Shown: positions 1-9,684 of the stretch, in pieces
Position numbering within the stretch: the stretch's first letter is position 1
Layout: the number at the start of each line of letters is the position of its first letter
Origin: Parcubacteria group bacterium GW2011_GWA2_47_21
GTDB lineage: Bacteria; Patescibacteriota; Minisyncoccia; Phycocordibacterales; DSPV01
DNA length: 64,000 nt
Assembly (NCBI GenBank): GCA_001000545.1
Contig: LCOC01000005.1
Span: forward strand, 10,013 to 74,012
Reading direction: 5' to 3'
Program-made: the position numbers and the translations under genes
The notes under the pieces: model-generated
Database searches by the model: none
Told to the model about the DNA's origin: nothing
Seen by the model: only the letters and a program-made list of their open reading frames with translations

Positions 1-3000
1 AGACCTCGGTGATGCCCATCACCACATGCTCGGTCTTGGCCTCCGGCAAATCCTTCTCTTTGGTTTTTTTATTTTCTTCGGCCAATTCGTCCGAGCCAAC
101 AATATCGTGGGTGGCAAAACCGGTGCCACCCGGGTCTTTGACCTTTCGTCTGGAAAACATCTGCCGCACTATCAGTTCAATGTGTTTTCTGGCCACCGTT
201 TCGCCTTGCAATTCATAGGGCTTGGAGACTTCTTCAATGATGTAATTTTCCGTCCTCTCTTTGCCGGTGTATTTGAAAAGTTCGTCAATATCCGCCGAAC
301 CGTCCGTAAGGAAGTCGCCGGCTTTGACACTGTCGCCCGTCTTAACCAAAGGCGTGCGGCCGGCTAATGCGGTGTATTCAATGTTTTCCTTTTTGCCTTT
401 TTTGTCCGCGACTTCCGGAATCATGACAATGATTTTTTCGCGGCCGATGTCTTTGATTTCCGCGACCAAACCGTCTCCCTTAGAAATAATGGCCGGATTT
501 TTTGGCGAACGCTTCTCAAAAAGTTCTTCAACGCGCGGCAAACCCTGGGTGATGTCGCCGCCGACCGATGCCGTGCCGCCGGCGTGGAAAGTCCTCATCG
601 TAAGCTGGGTACCCGGCTCGCCGATGGCTTGGGCGGCCACCGTGCCGACCGCTTCGCCGATGTCAACCAATTTGTCCTTGCCCAAGTCAAAACCGTAACA
701 AAAGGCGCAGACACCGAAATTGGACTTGCAGGTCAAAGGCGAACGCACCTTGACGGCGTTTACTCCCGATTTTTCTACCGCCGCCGCGTCCGCTTTGGAA
801 AGGAGGTGGCCTTTTTTAAACAAAATCTTGCCGGCTGCTGAAACATCCTCCGCCACCACTCGTCCGCGAATCGCTTTGCCAATCAAAACCTCAATGCCGG
901 TCAAACTTTTATTGGTTATGGTCACAAAGTCCTTGGTGCCGCAATCCTCTTCGCCGACAATCGCATCTTGAGCCACATCAAACAGCCGGCGCGTCAAATA
1001 ACCGGCTTTGGCGGTGTTTAAAGCCGTATCAGTCAAGCCCTTTCTTGAGCCGTGGGTGGTAATAAAATATTCAATCGGCGTCAATCCTTCCTTCATTGAC
1101 GATAAAATCGGAAATTCAATGGTCTCGCCGGCCGTATTGGCGATAAGGCCCTTCATCCCGACCATCTGGGTAATCTGGGAAAGCGAGCCCCTAGCGCCGG
1201 ATTTCCACAAATCAAAGACCGAACCGACGGGATTTAGAGTGTCGGGAATTAGCCGCTCCACTTCATTTTTGGCTTCATGCCAAATCTGAATATTTTTCCT
1301 GATTCTTTCTTCTTCGGACAACAATCCGTCGTTAAATTCTTCGTTCACTTCATCGGAACGCTTCTTGGCTTTTTCAATCACCGCCCATTTGCCCTCAGGC
1401 ACCACCACATCGTCAATGCCCCAAGTAACGCCGGAGTAAGTGGCGTATTTGAAACCGAAGGCCTTGATTTTATCCATTATCGCCGGAATGTTTTCAATGC
1501 CGTATTTGATTATGAGCCCTTCCACAATGCCGGACATGGACTTCTTATCAATTTCTTTATTGATGAAAGGATAATCAGCCGGCAGGACGGTGTTGAAGAG
1601 CAAGCGCCCGACGGAGGTCTCAAAAAGCTCGCCTTGAAATTCTTTGTATTTGGGCTTATCGGTTGCCAGCACTTTTATCTTGGCGCGAAAATCCAAAACG
1701 CCGAAATCAAAAGCGGTAATGGCTGCGTTAGGGCTGGCAAAATATTTGCCTTCGCCCAAACCGCCCGGCACGATTTTAGTCATCCAGTAGCAACCCAAAA
1801 TGATATCCAGCAATTTGGCGGAAACAATCGGGTCGCCGCTTCCGGGTTTTAAGATATTTTTCGGCGCCGCCATAATTTCTTTCGCTTCCATCTGGGCTTC
1901 GTCGGAAAGCGGCACGTGAACGGCCATTTGGTCGCCGTCAAAGTCGGCGTTAAAGGCGGTGCAGACCAGAGGGTGGACTTGAATGGCGTTGCCTTCAACC
2001 AATATCGGCTGAAAGGCCTGAATGCCGAGCCGGTGGAGAGTCGGCGCGCGGTTTAGGAGCACGTGCTTACCTTTAATGACTTCCTCCAAAATCGCCCAGA
2101 CCTCAGGCGCGTCGTCTTCAATCAGCCGGCCGGCGCCCCTGATGTTGTAAGCCAATTCCCGCTCCAGAAGCTTGGCGATGACGAATGGGCGGAAAAGTTC
2201 AAGCGCCATATGCTTCGGCAAACCGCACTGATGAAGCCCCAATTCCGGACCAACCACAATGACCGAACGGCCCGAATAATCAACGCGTTTCCCCAAAAGA
2301 TTGGAGCGGAAAAGCCCTCTTTTACCCTTGAGATTGTCGGAAAGGGATTTGAGCGGCCGGCGGCTGGCCATAGTCGCCCCGCCGGCGGAGTTGGTGCTGT
2401 GACGGATTGAATTGTCAATCAGCGAATCCGCCGCCTCCTGAAGGATTCTTTTTTCGTTTCGAAGAATGACATCAGGCGCTTTTATCTCAAGGAGTTTCCT
2501 AAGCCGGTTGTTTCGGTTTATCACTCGGCGATAAAGGTCGTTGACATCGGAGGTGGCGTAGCGGCCGCCGTCCAGAGGCACCATCGGCCGAAGAGCCGGG
2601 GGAATGACGGGGATTCTCGTAAGAAACATCCATTCCGGCCGGAGGTTGTTCTTAATCATTGAGCGCACCAACCCCAGCCGTTTGGCGATTTTCTCCCGCT
2701 CGGCGGCGCCGGCATCGGCAAGGTCGCTTTCCAAATTTTCCGCCAGCTTACGCAAATCCAAACTCTTAAAAATTTCATAGATTGACTCGGCGCCAATGCC
2801 CGCCTCAAACATCGCTCCATACTTGACGGAGAAATGGTGGTAGGAAACCTCGTCAAGCACCCGCCCTTCTTGGACGGCGTCAATTTCGCTCTTGGCGTTT
2901 TTAAGCATTTCTTTAAGCGCTTCTTTGGTCTTGTCGTCTTGCACTCTCTTCACCTTGGTTTTGTATTCCGAATCAATGCTTTTAAGAATTTTCTCCCGTT

Positions 3001-3454
3001 CGCTTTCGTCAACGCGGGTGATGATGTAGCCGGCAAAATAAATGACTTTCTCCAAATCGGAGGAGGTCATGCCCAGGATAAGCCCCATTCTTGAAGGCAT
3101 GCTCCGGAGAAACCAAATATGGGATACGGGACTGGAAAGTTCAATATGCCCCATCCGGTCGCGCCGGACGATGGAGCGGGTAAGCTCCACGCCGCACTTT
3201 TCGCAGACGATTCCCTTGAAACGAATGCCGCGATATTTGCCGCAGTAACATTCAAAGTCCTTCTCCGGACCGAAAATCTTTTCGTCAAAGAGTCCGTTCT
3301 TCTCGCTTCTTTGGGTGCGATAATTGATGGTCTCCGGTTTCGTCACTTCGCCTTTTGACCACTCCAAAATTTTCTCCGGCGAAGCCAGTTGGAGGGCGAC
3401 CACGTTGAAGTCGTTAAAAGAAGACGCTTGGGGTTTTTTGTAATTGGTTCTCAT
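1..3454 (-). CDS. rpoC: DNA-directed RNA polymerase subunit beta' (3' end outside window)
   Basis: Manual translation from ATG at 3454 gives MRTNYKK...WSKGEVTKPETINYRT...FECYCGKY, and the catalytic FNADFDGDQMAVH lies near 1920-1960. Absent from the ORF track because it has no stop in the window. Confidence 0.98.
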   Translation of the reverse strand, partial: MRTNYKKPQASSFNDFNVVALQLASPEKILEWSKGEVTKPETINYRTQRSEKNGLFDEKIFGPEKDFECYCGKYRGIRFKGIVCEKCGVELTRSIVRRDRMGHIELSSPVSHIWFLRSMPSRMGLILGMTSSDLEKVIYFAGYIITRVDESEREKILKSIDSEYKTKVKRVQDDKTKEALKEMLKNAKSEIDAVQEGRVLDEVSYHHFSVKYGAMFEAGIGAESIYEIFKSLDLRKLAENLESDLADAGAAEREKIAKRLGLVRSMIKNNLRPEWMFLTRIPVIPPALRPMVPLDGGRYATSDVNDLYRRVINRNNRLRKLLEIKAPDVILRNEKRILQEAADSLIDNSIRHSTNSAGGATMASRRPLKSLSDNLKGKRGLFRSNLLGKRVDYSGRSVIVVGPELGLHQCGLPKHMALELFRPFVIAKLLERELAYNIRGAGRLIEDDAPEVWAILEEVIKGKHVLLNRAPTLHRLGIQAFQPILVEGNAIQVHPLVCTAFNADFDGDQMAVHVPLSDEAQMEAKEIMAAPKNILKPGSGDPIVSAKLLDIILGCYWMTKIVPGGLGEGKYFASPNAAITAFDFGVLDFRAKIKVLATDKPKYKEFQGELFETSVGRLLFNTVLPADYPFINKEIDKKSMSGIVEGLIIKYGIENIPAIMDKIKAFGFKYATYSGVTWGIDDVVVPEGKWAVIEKAKKRSDEVNEEFNDGLLSEEERIRKNIQIWHEAKNEVERLIPDTLNPVGSVFDLWKSGARGSLSQITQMVGMKGLIANTAGETIEFPILSSMKEGLTPIEYFITTHGSRKGLTDTALNTAKAGYLTRRLFDVAQDAIVGEEDCGTKDFVTITNKSLTGIEVLIGKAIRGRVVAEDVSAAGKILFKKGHLLSKADAAAVEKSGVNAVKVRSPLTCKSNFGVCAFCYGFDLGKDKLVDIGEAVGTVAAQAIGEPGTQLTMRTFHAGGTASVGGDITQGLPRVEELFEKRSPKNPAIISKGDGLVAEIKDIGREKIIVMIPEVADKKGKKENIEYTALAGRTPLVKTGDSVKAGDFLTDGSADIDELFKYTGKERTENYIIEEVSKPYELQGETVARKHIELIVRQMFSRRKVKDPGGTGFATHDIVGSDELAEENKKTKEKDLPEAKTEHVVMGITEV

Positions 3455-3546
3455 ATGATTTTAATTGAATATAATCGCTTAATTTGTTTGGGAAAACTTT
3501 TGAACGGGGGGATTCCAAGAGGACGAATTTACTTTCTGGCAAGAAA

Positions 3547-6500
3547 CTATTGGGCATCCGCGCTCAAACCTTTGTCCGCGTTTCGACCTTCTTCCGGAAG
3601 CCGGAGCAATTCCACATTGAGCGACAGCCCTTTCAAGTTGTTCAAAAGCACGCTGAAAGAAGCGGGCGCGTTGGAGTCCTTAATGCGTTCGCCTTTGACG
3701 ATGGCGTCAAACGCCGCCGAGCGCCCCAAGATATCGTCGGATTTAATGGTGAGCATTTCCCGCAAAGTGTACGCGGCGCCGTGGCCCAAGAGAGCCCAGA
3801 CTTCCATTTCCCCGAATCGCTGGCCGCCGCCTTGAGCCTTGCCGCCCAAGGGCTGTTGGGTAATAAGCGAATACGGACCGATGGAGCGCATGTGGATTTT
3901 GTCTTCCACCATATGATGAAGTTTCAAAATATACATATAACCGACGGCGATATTTTGGCTGAATGATTCGCCGGTCCGGCCGTCATAGAGTTTCATCTTG
4001 CCGCTCCGGTCAAAACCGGCCTTTACCAATTCGTCTTTCACTTCCTCGTCGCTCGCGCCGGTAAAGGGGGGCACAATGGCCTGGTAACCCTGGGTGTGGG
4101 CGGCCAGGCCCAAATGTAATTCCAGAATTTGCCCCAAATTCATGCGCGACGGTACTCCGAGCGGAGTCAAAATAATGTCCACCGGCGTGCCGTCGGGCAG
4201 GTAAGGCATATCGGCTTCGGGCAGCACGCGGGAAATGACGCCTTTGTTGCCGTGCCGGCCAGCCAATTTGTCGCCCACCGAGACATTCCGGAGTTCCGCC
4301 ACTTCAATGTGAATTCGCTTCAAAATTCCGCTATCCAACTTATCGCCCCGTTCGCGGGAGAAAACTTTCACGCCGATTATCCGGCCCCTCTTGCCGTTCT
4401 CCATCCGCTTGGAGGTGTCTTTGACATCACGGGCTTTCTCGCCGAAAAGCGAGCGGAGCAATCGTTCCTCCGGAGTGAGCTGGGTTTCGCCTTTGGGCGT
4501 AATTTTCCCTACCAGAATATCACCCGGCCTAACTTCCGCCCCAACCCGGACAATGCCGTCCTCGTCAAGATTTTTGAGTTTGACTTCGCCGACATTCGGA
4601 ATATCGTGGGTCGTCACTTCGGGACCAAGCTTCGTGTCTCTGACATTCACCACAAATTCTTCAATGTGAATGGAAGTAAATTTACTGTCCTTGACCAACC
4701 GCTCGGAAATGATAATGGCGTCTTCGTAATTGAAACCGCTCCAAGACATAAAAGCGACCAGCACATTGTGGCCCAAAGCCATTTCCCCACCGACGCTTGA
4801 AGAGGTGTCGGCCAAAACCGTTCCTTTCTTTACTTTATCGCCAGCTTTGACAATCGGCCTCTGGTGGAAGACGGTAAAGCCGTTAGTTCGGGAAAAATTG
4901 ACAAGCTTGTATTCCCTGTCCTTGCTTTTGGAATTCTTGACGATAATTTTCTTGGCGTCAGAATAAGAGACCGTCCCTTCCTCAAGCGCGTTGACGACTC
5001 GGCCGGTGTCTTTAGCCGCCTGTTTTTCTATGCCCGTCGCAACCAAAGGCGCTTCCGGCACGATAGACGGCGTGGCTTGCTTTTGCATGTTTGAACCCAT
5101 AAGCGCTCTGTTGGCGTCGTCATGATTTAAAAATGGAATCATGGAGGTGGCGATGGAAAACGCTTGGTTGGTGGCGACATCTATAAAATCAACGCTTTCC
5201 TTTTTCGCCAAACCCGGCTTGCCACCAAGCCGGACTTCCGCCACTTCTTCCAGAAGCTCGCCTTTTTCGTTGTAGAGGGTGGCGGCGTGAGCGATATTGT
5301 AGTTTTCTTCTTCGTAAGCGTTTAGGTAGACGATTTCTTTGGTAATCATTCCGTTCTTCACTTTGGCATAAGGCGTCTCAATCATGCCGAAATCGTTTAT
5401 CCTGGCGTAGGTGGCCAATCTAAGAATCAAGCCGATGTTCGGGCCTTCCGGAGTGTGGATCGGACAAACCCGTCCGTAATGCGACGGGTGAACGTCCCGG
5501 ACTTCAAAACCGGCCCGCTCCCTGGTCAAACCGCCGGGGCCCAAAGCCGAAAAAGTCCGAAGGTGCTCCAACTCGGCCAAGATATTTTCTTGGGCCATAA
5601 ATTGGGAAAGCTGGTTGGTGGTGAAAAATTCTTTGATGCGGGCTTGCAGGGGCTTCGGAGAAATAAACTGGACCGGTGTCGTAACATCGGATTCAATCGT
5701 AGACATCCGGTCTTGGATATTCCGCTTTATCTGGGTCATACCAACGCGGATTTTTTGCTGGAGCAGTTCTCCCACATAGCGGACCCGCCGGCTTCCCAAG
5801 TGGTCTATATCGTCCTCCATCGCGCCGGCCGTGGTGTTTAATTTTATGATGTTGCCGACGATGTGAATCAAGTCGGTCAAGGTGATTTTCCTCTGCTCCA
5901 TGTCTTTTTCAGAAAGCCCCAAACCGAAGCGTTTGTTGAATTTGAAACGGCCGACTTTGGAAATATCATAACGCTCGGAGCTGAACAACCCATTGATGAA
6001 TTCCTTGGCATTATCTATGGAGCGCATATCGCCGTCGCGGAGCCGTTTGTGAATTTCAAGGTAGGATTCGGCAACGGTCTTGGCGTGGTCTTTTTCAAAA
6101 GACGCGTCAAGGAACGCCGGCGCTTCTTTAATGTCCGCAAAATGCTTTCTTATGATTTCGTCATTCTCGGCGCCAAACACCCGCAAGAGAGAGGTGATGG
6201 AGAATTTTCTCTGCCGGTCAATCCTAACGTAAATAGCACCGTCCGGCTCGGCATCTATCTCAACCCAAACGCCTCTGGAAGGAATAATCTTCGCGCCGAA
6301 ATACTGTTTGCCTTTGAATTCCGTCTTGGTAAAAAAGACGCCGAAAGAACGGGCCAGTTGCGGGACAATCACCCGCTCCACTCCGGAAATAATGAAAGTG
6401 CCGTGAGAGGTCATCATCGGCAAATCGGCGAGAAAAATTTCCTGCTCTTTGCTCACGCCCAATGTCTTATTTTTCAAACGAACGGTTACTTTAAGCGAAG

Positions 6501-6807
6501 CGTCATAAGTTAACTTATTGTCTTTGGCGAAATATTCGTCGCTCTTCGGCTCCCCGATTTTCAAACCCATGAAGTCCAATTCAAATTTTTTTCCCGAATG
6601 GTCTTTGAGCGCGGTGAACTCGCTTATCACTTCTTTGATGCCGTGGCTTAAAAGCCAGTTAAAGGAGTGGAGTTGCGATTCCACAAGGTTGGGCATGGTT
6701 ATTAGCGGCTCCTTGAAACGGCTCCAATATTTTTTGGGCCGGACGGCGCCATGAAGCAAAGGCGAAGCGATAAGTTGTTTGGTTATGGGAAATTTGTCGC
6801 TGGTCAT
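3547..6807 (-). CDS. rpoB: DNA-directed RNA polymerase subunit beta
   Basis: 1086 aa with QLSQFM, GDKLAGRHGNKGV and GGQRFGEMEVWAL motifs; directly upstream of rpoC. Confidence 0.99.
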   Translation of the reverse strand: MTSDKFPITKQLIASPLLHGAVRPKKYWSRFKEPLITMPNLVESQLHSFNWLLSHGIKEVISEFTALKDHSGKKFELDFMGLKIGEPKSDEYFAKDNKLTYDASLKVTVRLKNKTLGVSKEQEIFLADLPMMTSHGTFIISGVERVIVPQLARSFGVFFTKTEFKGKQYFGAKIIPSRGVWVEIDAEPDGAIYVRIDRQRKFSITSLLRVFGAENDEIIRKHFADIKEAPAFLDASFEKDHAKTVAESYLEIHKRLRDGDMRSIDNAKEFINGLFSSERYDISKVGRFKFNKRFGLGLSEKDMEQRKITLTDLIHIVGNIIKLNTTAGAMEDDIDHLGSRRVRYVGELLQQKIRVGMTQIKRNIQDRMSTIESDVTTPVQFISPKPLQARIKEFFTTNQLSQFMAQENILAELEHLRTFSALGPGGLTRERAGFEVRDVHPSHYGRVCPIHTPEGPNIGLILRLATYARINDFGMIETPYAKVKNGMITKEIVYLNAYEEENYNIAHAATLYNEKGELLEEVAEVRLGGKPGLAKKESVDFIDVATNQAFSIATSMIPFLNHDDANRALMGSNMQKQATPSIVPEAPLVATGIEKQAAKDTGRVVNALEEGTVSYSDAKKIIVKNSKSKDREYKLVNFSRTNGFTVFHQRPIVKAGDKVKKGTVLADTSSSVGGEMALGHNVLVAFMSWSGFNYEDAIIISERLVKDSKFTSIHIEEFVVNVRDTKLGPEVTTHDIPNVGEVKLKNLDEDGIVRVGAEVRPGDILVGKITPKGETQLTPEERLLRSLFGEKARDVKDTSKRMENGKRGRIIGVKVFSRERGDKLDSGILKRIHIEVAELRNVSVGDKLAGRHGNKGVISRVLPEADMPYLPDGTPVDIILTPLGVPSRMNLGQILELHLGLAAHTQGYQAIVPPFTGASDEEVKDELVKAGFDRSGKMKLYDGRTGESFSQNIAVGYMYILKLHHMVEDKIHMRSIGPYSLITQQPLGGKAQGGGQRFGEMEVWALLGHGAAYTLREMLTIKSDDILGRSAAFDAIVKGERIKDSNAPASFSVLLNNLKGLSLNVELLRLPEEGRNADKGLSADAQ

Positions 6808-7043
6808 AAAAAATAACCGGTGAATTAATAAAAAAATTTAAATTAAAGAATGGCGCCGCGACGCCAACCAATATCCAAGTTCCTTTCGTAAAGTTAAAGC
6901 AAAAAACGAGGCCAAAAAGAAAAACACCCACGCAAAAAACCGCGTGAATCTTTAATAAGCCCTCGTTATTTAAAGTTTGCCAAAAAAATGGGGCGTTTAT
7001 TGGCTTCTAAAGCGTCGCCAGCCGCTACTCAATCGTGGCAGGT

Positions 7044-7071
7044 ATTCTATACGAGCTATTTTTAATGTCAA
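7044..7071 (-). promoter_or_regulatory. sigma70-type promoter for rpoBC
   Basis: Minus strand reads TTGACA-N16-TAGAAT about 240 nt upstream of rpoB. Confidence 0.6.
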
Positions 7072-7088
7072 GCGAAAAGTCAAGAGAG

Positions 7089-7097
7089 TTATCCACA
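7089..7097 (+). promoter_or_regulatory. DnaA box
   Basis: Perfect TTATCCACA next to the rpoB promoter. Confidence 0.45.
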
Positions 7098-7118
7098 ACT
7101 GGATACGGAACAAGCGCG

Positions 7119-7148
7119 CCTGCCTGCCCCGCCGGGGCGGTAGGCAGG
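7119..7148. repeat. CCTGCCTGCC...GGCAGG REP-like palindrome
   Basis: cctgcctgccccgccggggcggtaggcagg; related copies at 22562, 30789, 46655, 48132, 48162, 48510 and 54180. Confidence 0.75.
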
Positions 7149-7284
7149 AAACTATACGACGCTAACGCAGAAAATACAAAGACGATTAAAGTGGGTTTTG
7201 CTCTACTGCCAAAATTAGTATGTTAACCCCATAAACCGAGAGCGTGTGCTATATTATTGTTCGGCAGGTATTAAAATAAAAGCC

Positions 7285-7366
7285 GGGCGAGTGGCGGAAC
7301 TGGCATACGCGTGCGCCTTAGGAGCGCATTCCGAAAGGATTGTGGGTTCAAATCCCACCTCGCCCA
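7285..7366 (+). tRNA. tRNA-Leu(TAG)
   Basis: Cloverleaf with acceptor GGGCGAG/CTCGCCC, anticodon arm TGCGC-CTTAGGA-GCGCA, long variable arm and GGTTCAAATCC T-arm; CCA not encoded. Confidence 0.96.
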
Positions 7367-7528
7367 TTGAACGAAGTGAGACGGCGGAAGCATTGTGCCT
7401 ACGCACAATGCGGGTGGGATTTGAAAGGCTTTTCGTTATCGAACCGACTGGAAGGAGGTGAGATCGAAAAGCACCTGGCGATGATCGAAAAGCACCTGGC
7501 GATGTAGTCGCCAAATCCCACCCATTGA
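7367..7528 (+). other. tRNA-3'-associated structured element (Leu copy)
   Basis: Hairpin at 7390-7411, antisense T-arm GGGTGGGATTTGAA at 7412-7425, 21-bp tandem duplication at 7462-7503, sense repeat AAATCCCACCCATTGA at 7513-7528. Confidence 0.7.
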
Positions 7529-7620
7529 CATTGATACATTAGATGTGCTAACTTTGTTTCCAGAGGCACAAATACAATTTTGGCTTCAATTCAAACACAC
7601 ACAGAAAAAACAGAAAGAAC

Positions 7621-8064
7621 ATGATAAGAACAAAAGTACTGTTAGTGTCTGGAAGGAGAGGCGGCAAAACCAAGGAGGAGATTAAAACCTTAATGAAAGA
7701 TGAGTTAGAGCAAGCGGGGCACGAAGTGCTCATTGCTCAAAATGTTGACGATGCGTTATACCTTGTCTACCACGAAGAAAACGTGTCGGTAATGATAACT
7801 GAGGCGGACATCACTGGTTATCAAGACGGCGTGGAGTTAATCAGGGCGGTCCATGATATAAACCACGGAACGACTAAGACCGTTCTCACCAGCGGCCGGT
7901 ATGTGGAAGAGTTAATTGAACTCGCCCACCTCGCTGGTGCCACCGCTTACTGGTCAAGACCGTCCAGCATGAAGAGTTTGGTCCACCTCATTGCCCAAAT
8001 TCTTCAAGACCAAGGAGAAATGGCGGCTGAAGCAATGGTCGCGACCGCGCCGGCAATGGCGTAA
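7621..8064 (+). CDS. Stand-alone CheY-like (pseudo-)receiver domain protein
   Basis: Receiver pattern (KVLLV...GHEVLIAQNVDDAL...DGVELIRAV...VLTSG...GATAYWSRP) with the phospho-site residues altered. Confidence 0.7.
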   Translation: MIRTKVLLVSGRRGGKTKEEIKTLMKDELEQAGHEVLIAQNVDDALYLVYHEENVSVMITEADITGYQDGVELIRAVHDINHGTTKTVLTSGRYVEELIELAHLAGATAYWSRPSSMKSLVHLIAQILQDQGEMAAEAMVATAPAMA

Positions 8065-8092
8065 CCTAATAACCGCCGAAGCCAAAATCACC

Positions 8093-8125
8093 ACAGGCCC
8101 GTCCGAAATGGACGGCCTGTTTTTT
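8093..8125 (+). terminator. Rho-independent terminator
   Basis: acaggcccgtcc-gaaat-ggacggcctgt followed by a T run. Confidence 0.75.
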
Positions 8126-8220
8126 ATGCTTCACCATTTTTTTACTACTTTTTTATGATTCATCTTTATAAATTTTATAAATTCTGGTTAGCAAAATCTC
8201 TTTAATTGAAGCCCCGCCAA

Positions 8221-8303
8221 CGCGTCAACCTGCCAGGTTGACGCGCAAAAATGGCTTTGTTTAGACGTATAATCTAAAGTGGTCAACCTGCCAGGTTGAC
8301 GCG
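8221..8303. repeat. Two GTCAACCTGCCAGGTTGAC palindromes
   Basis: Copies at 8221-8245 and 8282-8303; a third copy at 27902-27928. Confidence 0.8.
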
Positions 8304-8457
8304 TTGGGATGGCACGCAAGGACGGGAGGATAACACCCTCTGCTGTGACCATTTTTTCGACAAAACGCGACATTGACACAGTGAACATAATGTGATAGCT
8401 TATCCGACAGATTTCGTCAAAGTGGCCTTTGACAAAAGAAGAAACTGAAACACCATC

Positions 8458-9684
8458 ATGGAGTGGATTGTTCTATGGCTGGCTGAAAGGGATTTGTTCT
8501 TAACTACAGTAAAAGAGGCGCAAGCGAAGATCGTCGTGCGTTATGATGGGATTGACCGTTGTATCATGGCTTACAAGGACCATGTCTTGGCGCAAAAGGG
8601 CCAGACCTACAAAATGCCAATCAAAAAACTGAAACCGACTGATCCGAAGGAGTTGGAAGATGGGGCGGTGGATAAAAAGGTCGGAGAGGAGTACGAGACA
8701 TGGGTTAAAAACGCCGACGGCGCACTACAACAAAAAAAGTGCAAGTTGGACGAATGGGATGTGCTGCCGGCAGATTGGTTTCAAATAGACGCAAACGGAA
8801 ATACAACTCCCCCTTTGGAAGATGGGGGATGGCAAAAAAGATTCGGAGGGGGACTCCGCTGGCTCGGCTTGCCAGGCGTCAATACCATCTACAGATACAA
8901 CTTTATCTGGACAAGTCTAGAACAAAAAAAGGAAGAATCGTCTGGCAAAATCAAGACGGTCTTTGTCACCAAAGAATTCACGGGGGAGGCAGAAAAACGG
9001 GGCGGTAATGGTCCCATAGATTATGTTCCACTGTTTATTGACACCTATGTGGCCCAAGTGGAAGAAGCCGACAGCCGTGACGGGGTACCGTTTAATGTTC
9101 AGTACTTGATAACAGCTAGAGTGGTAAATCCGTACAAAGCTACACAAAAAGTCCATCGCTGGTTGGAGACCGTTCAAAACCAAATCGGTGGTAAAATTGT
9201 GGACTTTGTGCGCGACCACTCCTACACAGACCTATTAGATCAATCAAAAACGGATCCCAGTAAGCCGTCTGATTCCAAGATTGCGTTAGAATTAAACACT
9301 CTTCTATCGGACGAAAGACATTTCGATGAATTTGAGGAAAATCTGGGCGTTAAAGTGGACAAAATTCAAATCTGGGACATCAGTCCATCAAATCCAAAGT
9401 TCATTGAAACAGTCACGAAGAGGTTCACGGCCGAGCAGGAAGGTAAAGCCAATGTGGTTACAGCCACTTACTACCAACAACAACGCAAACTGGAGGCAAC
9501 CGCCGACGAGGATTACAACAGGAGGGTCTACGGCGCCATCAAGGAAGCCGGCGGCATGACGGTGGAAACGGCAAAACAACTCAAAGAAATCAAAGGTGTG
9601 TTGTCGCTTGGCGGCGAAGCTGCCAATATCATAGTCCAGCAACCACAACCAGAGAAAGAAAAGAAAGTGGAGGAAAAGAAATGA
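8458..9684 (+). CDS. SPFH/Band-7 (stomatin/prohibitin-like) domain protein
   Basis: ADSRDGVPFNVQYLITARVVNPYKA...LGVKVDKIQIWDI followed by an Ala/Glu-rich coiled coil. Confidence 0.7.
   Translation: MEWIVLWLAERDLFLTTVKEAQAKIVVRYDGIDRCIMAYKDHVLAQKGQTYKMPIKKLKPTDPKELEDGAVDKKVGEEYETWVKNADGALQQKKCKLDEWDVLPADWFQIDANGNTTPPLEDGGWQKRFGGGLRWLGLPGVNTIYRYNFIWTSLEQKKEESSGKIKTVFVTKEFTGEAEKRGGNGPIDYVPLFIDTYVAQVEEADSRDGVPFNVQYLITARVVNPYKATQKVHRWLETVQNQIGGKIVDFVRDHSYTDLLDQSKTDPSKPSDSKIALELNTLLSDERHFDEFEENLGVKVDKIQIWDISPSNPKFIETVTKRFTAEQEGKANVVTATYYQQQRKLEATADEDYNRRVYGAIKEAGGMTVETAKQLKEIKGVLSLGGEAANIIVQQPQPEKEKKVEEKK

Noticed and set aside
1-6807. Many plus-strand ORFs of 60-220 aa
   Set aside because: Antisense shadows of rpoC and rpoB with no motifs.
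7089-7097. DnaA boxes here and at 42639 as a replication origin
   Set aside because: Isolated single boxes; no cluster, unwinding element or dnaA/dnaN nearby.
7462-7503. 21-bp direct repeat as a possible CRISPR array
   Set aside because: Two adjacent copies with no spacer, and no cas genes.
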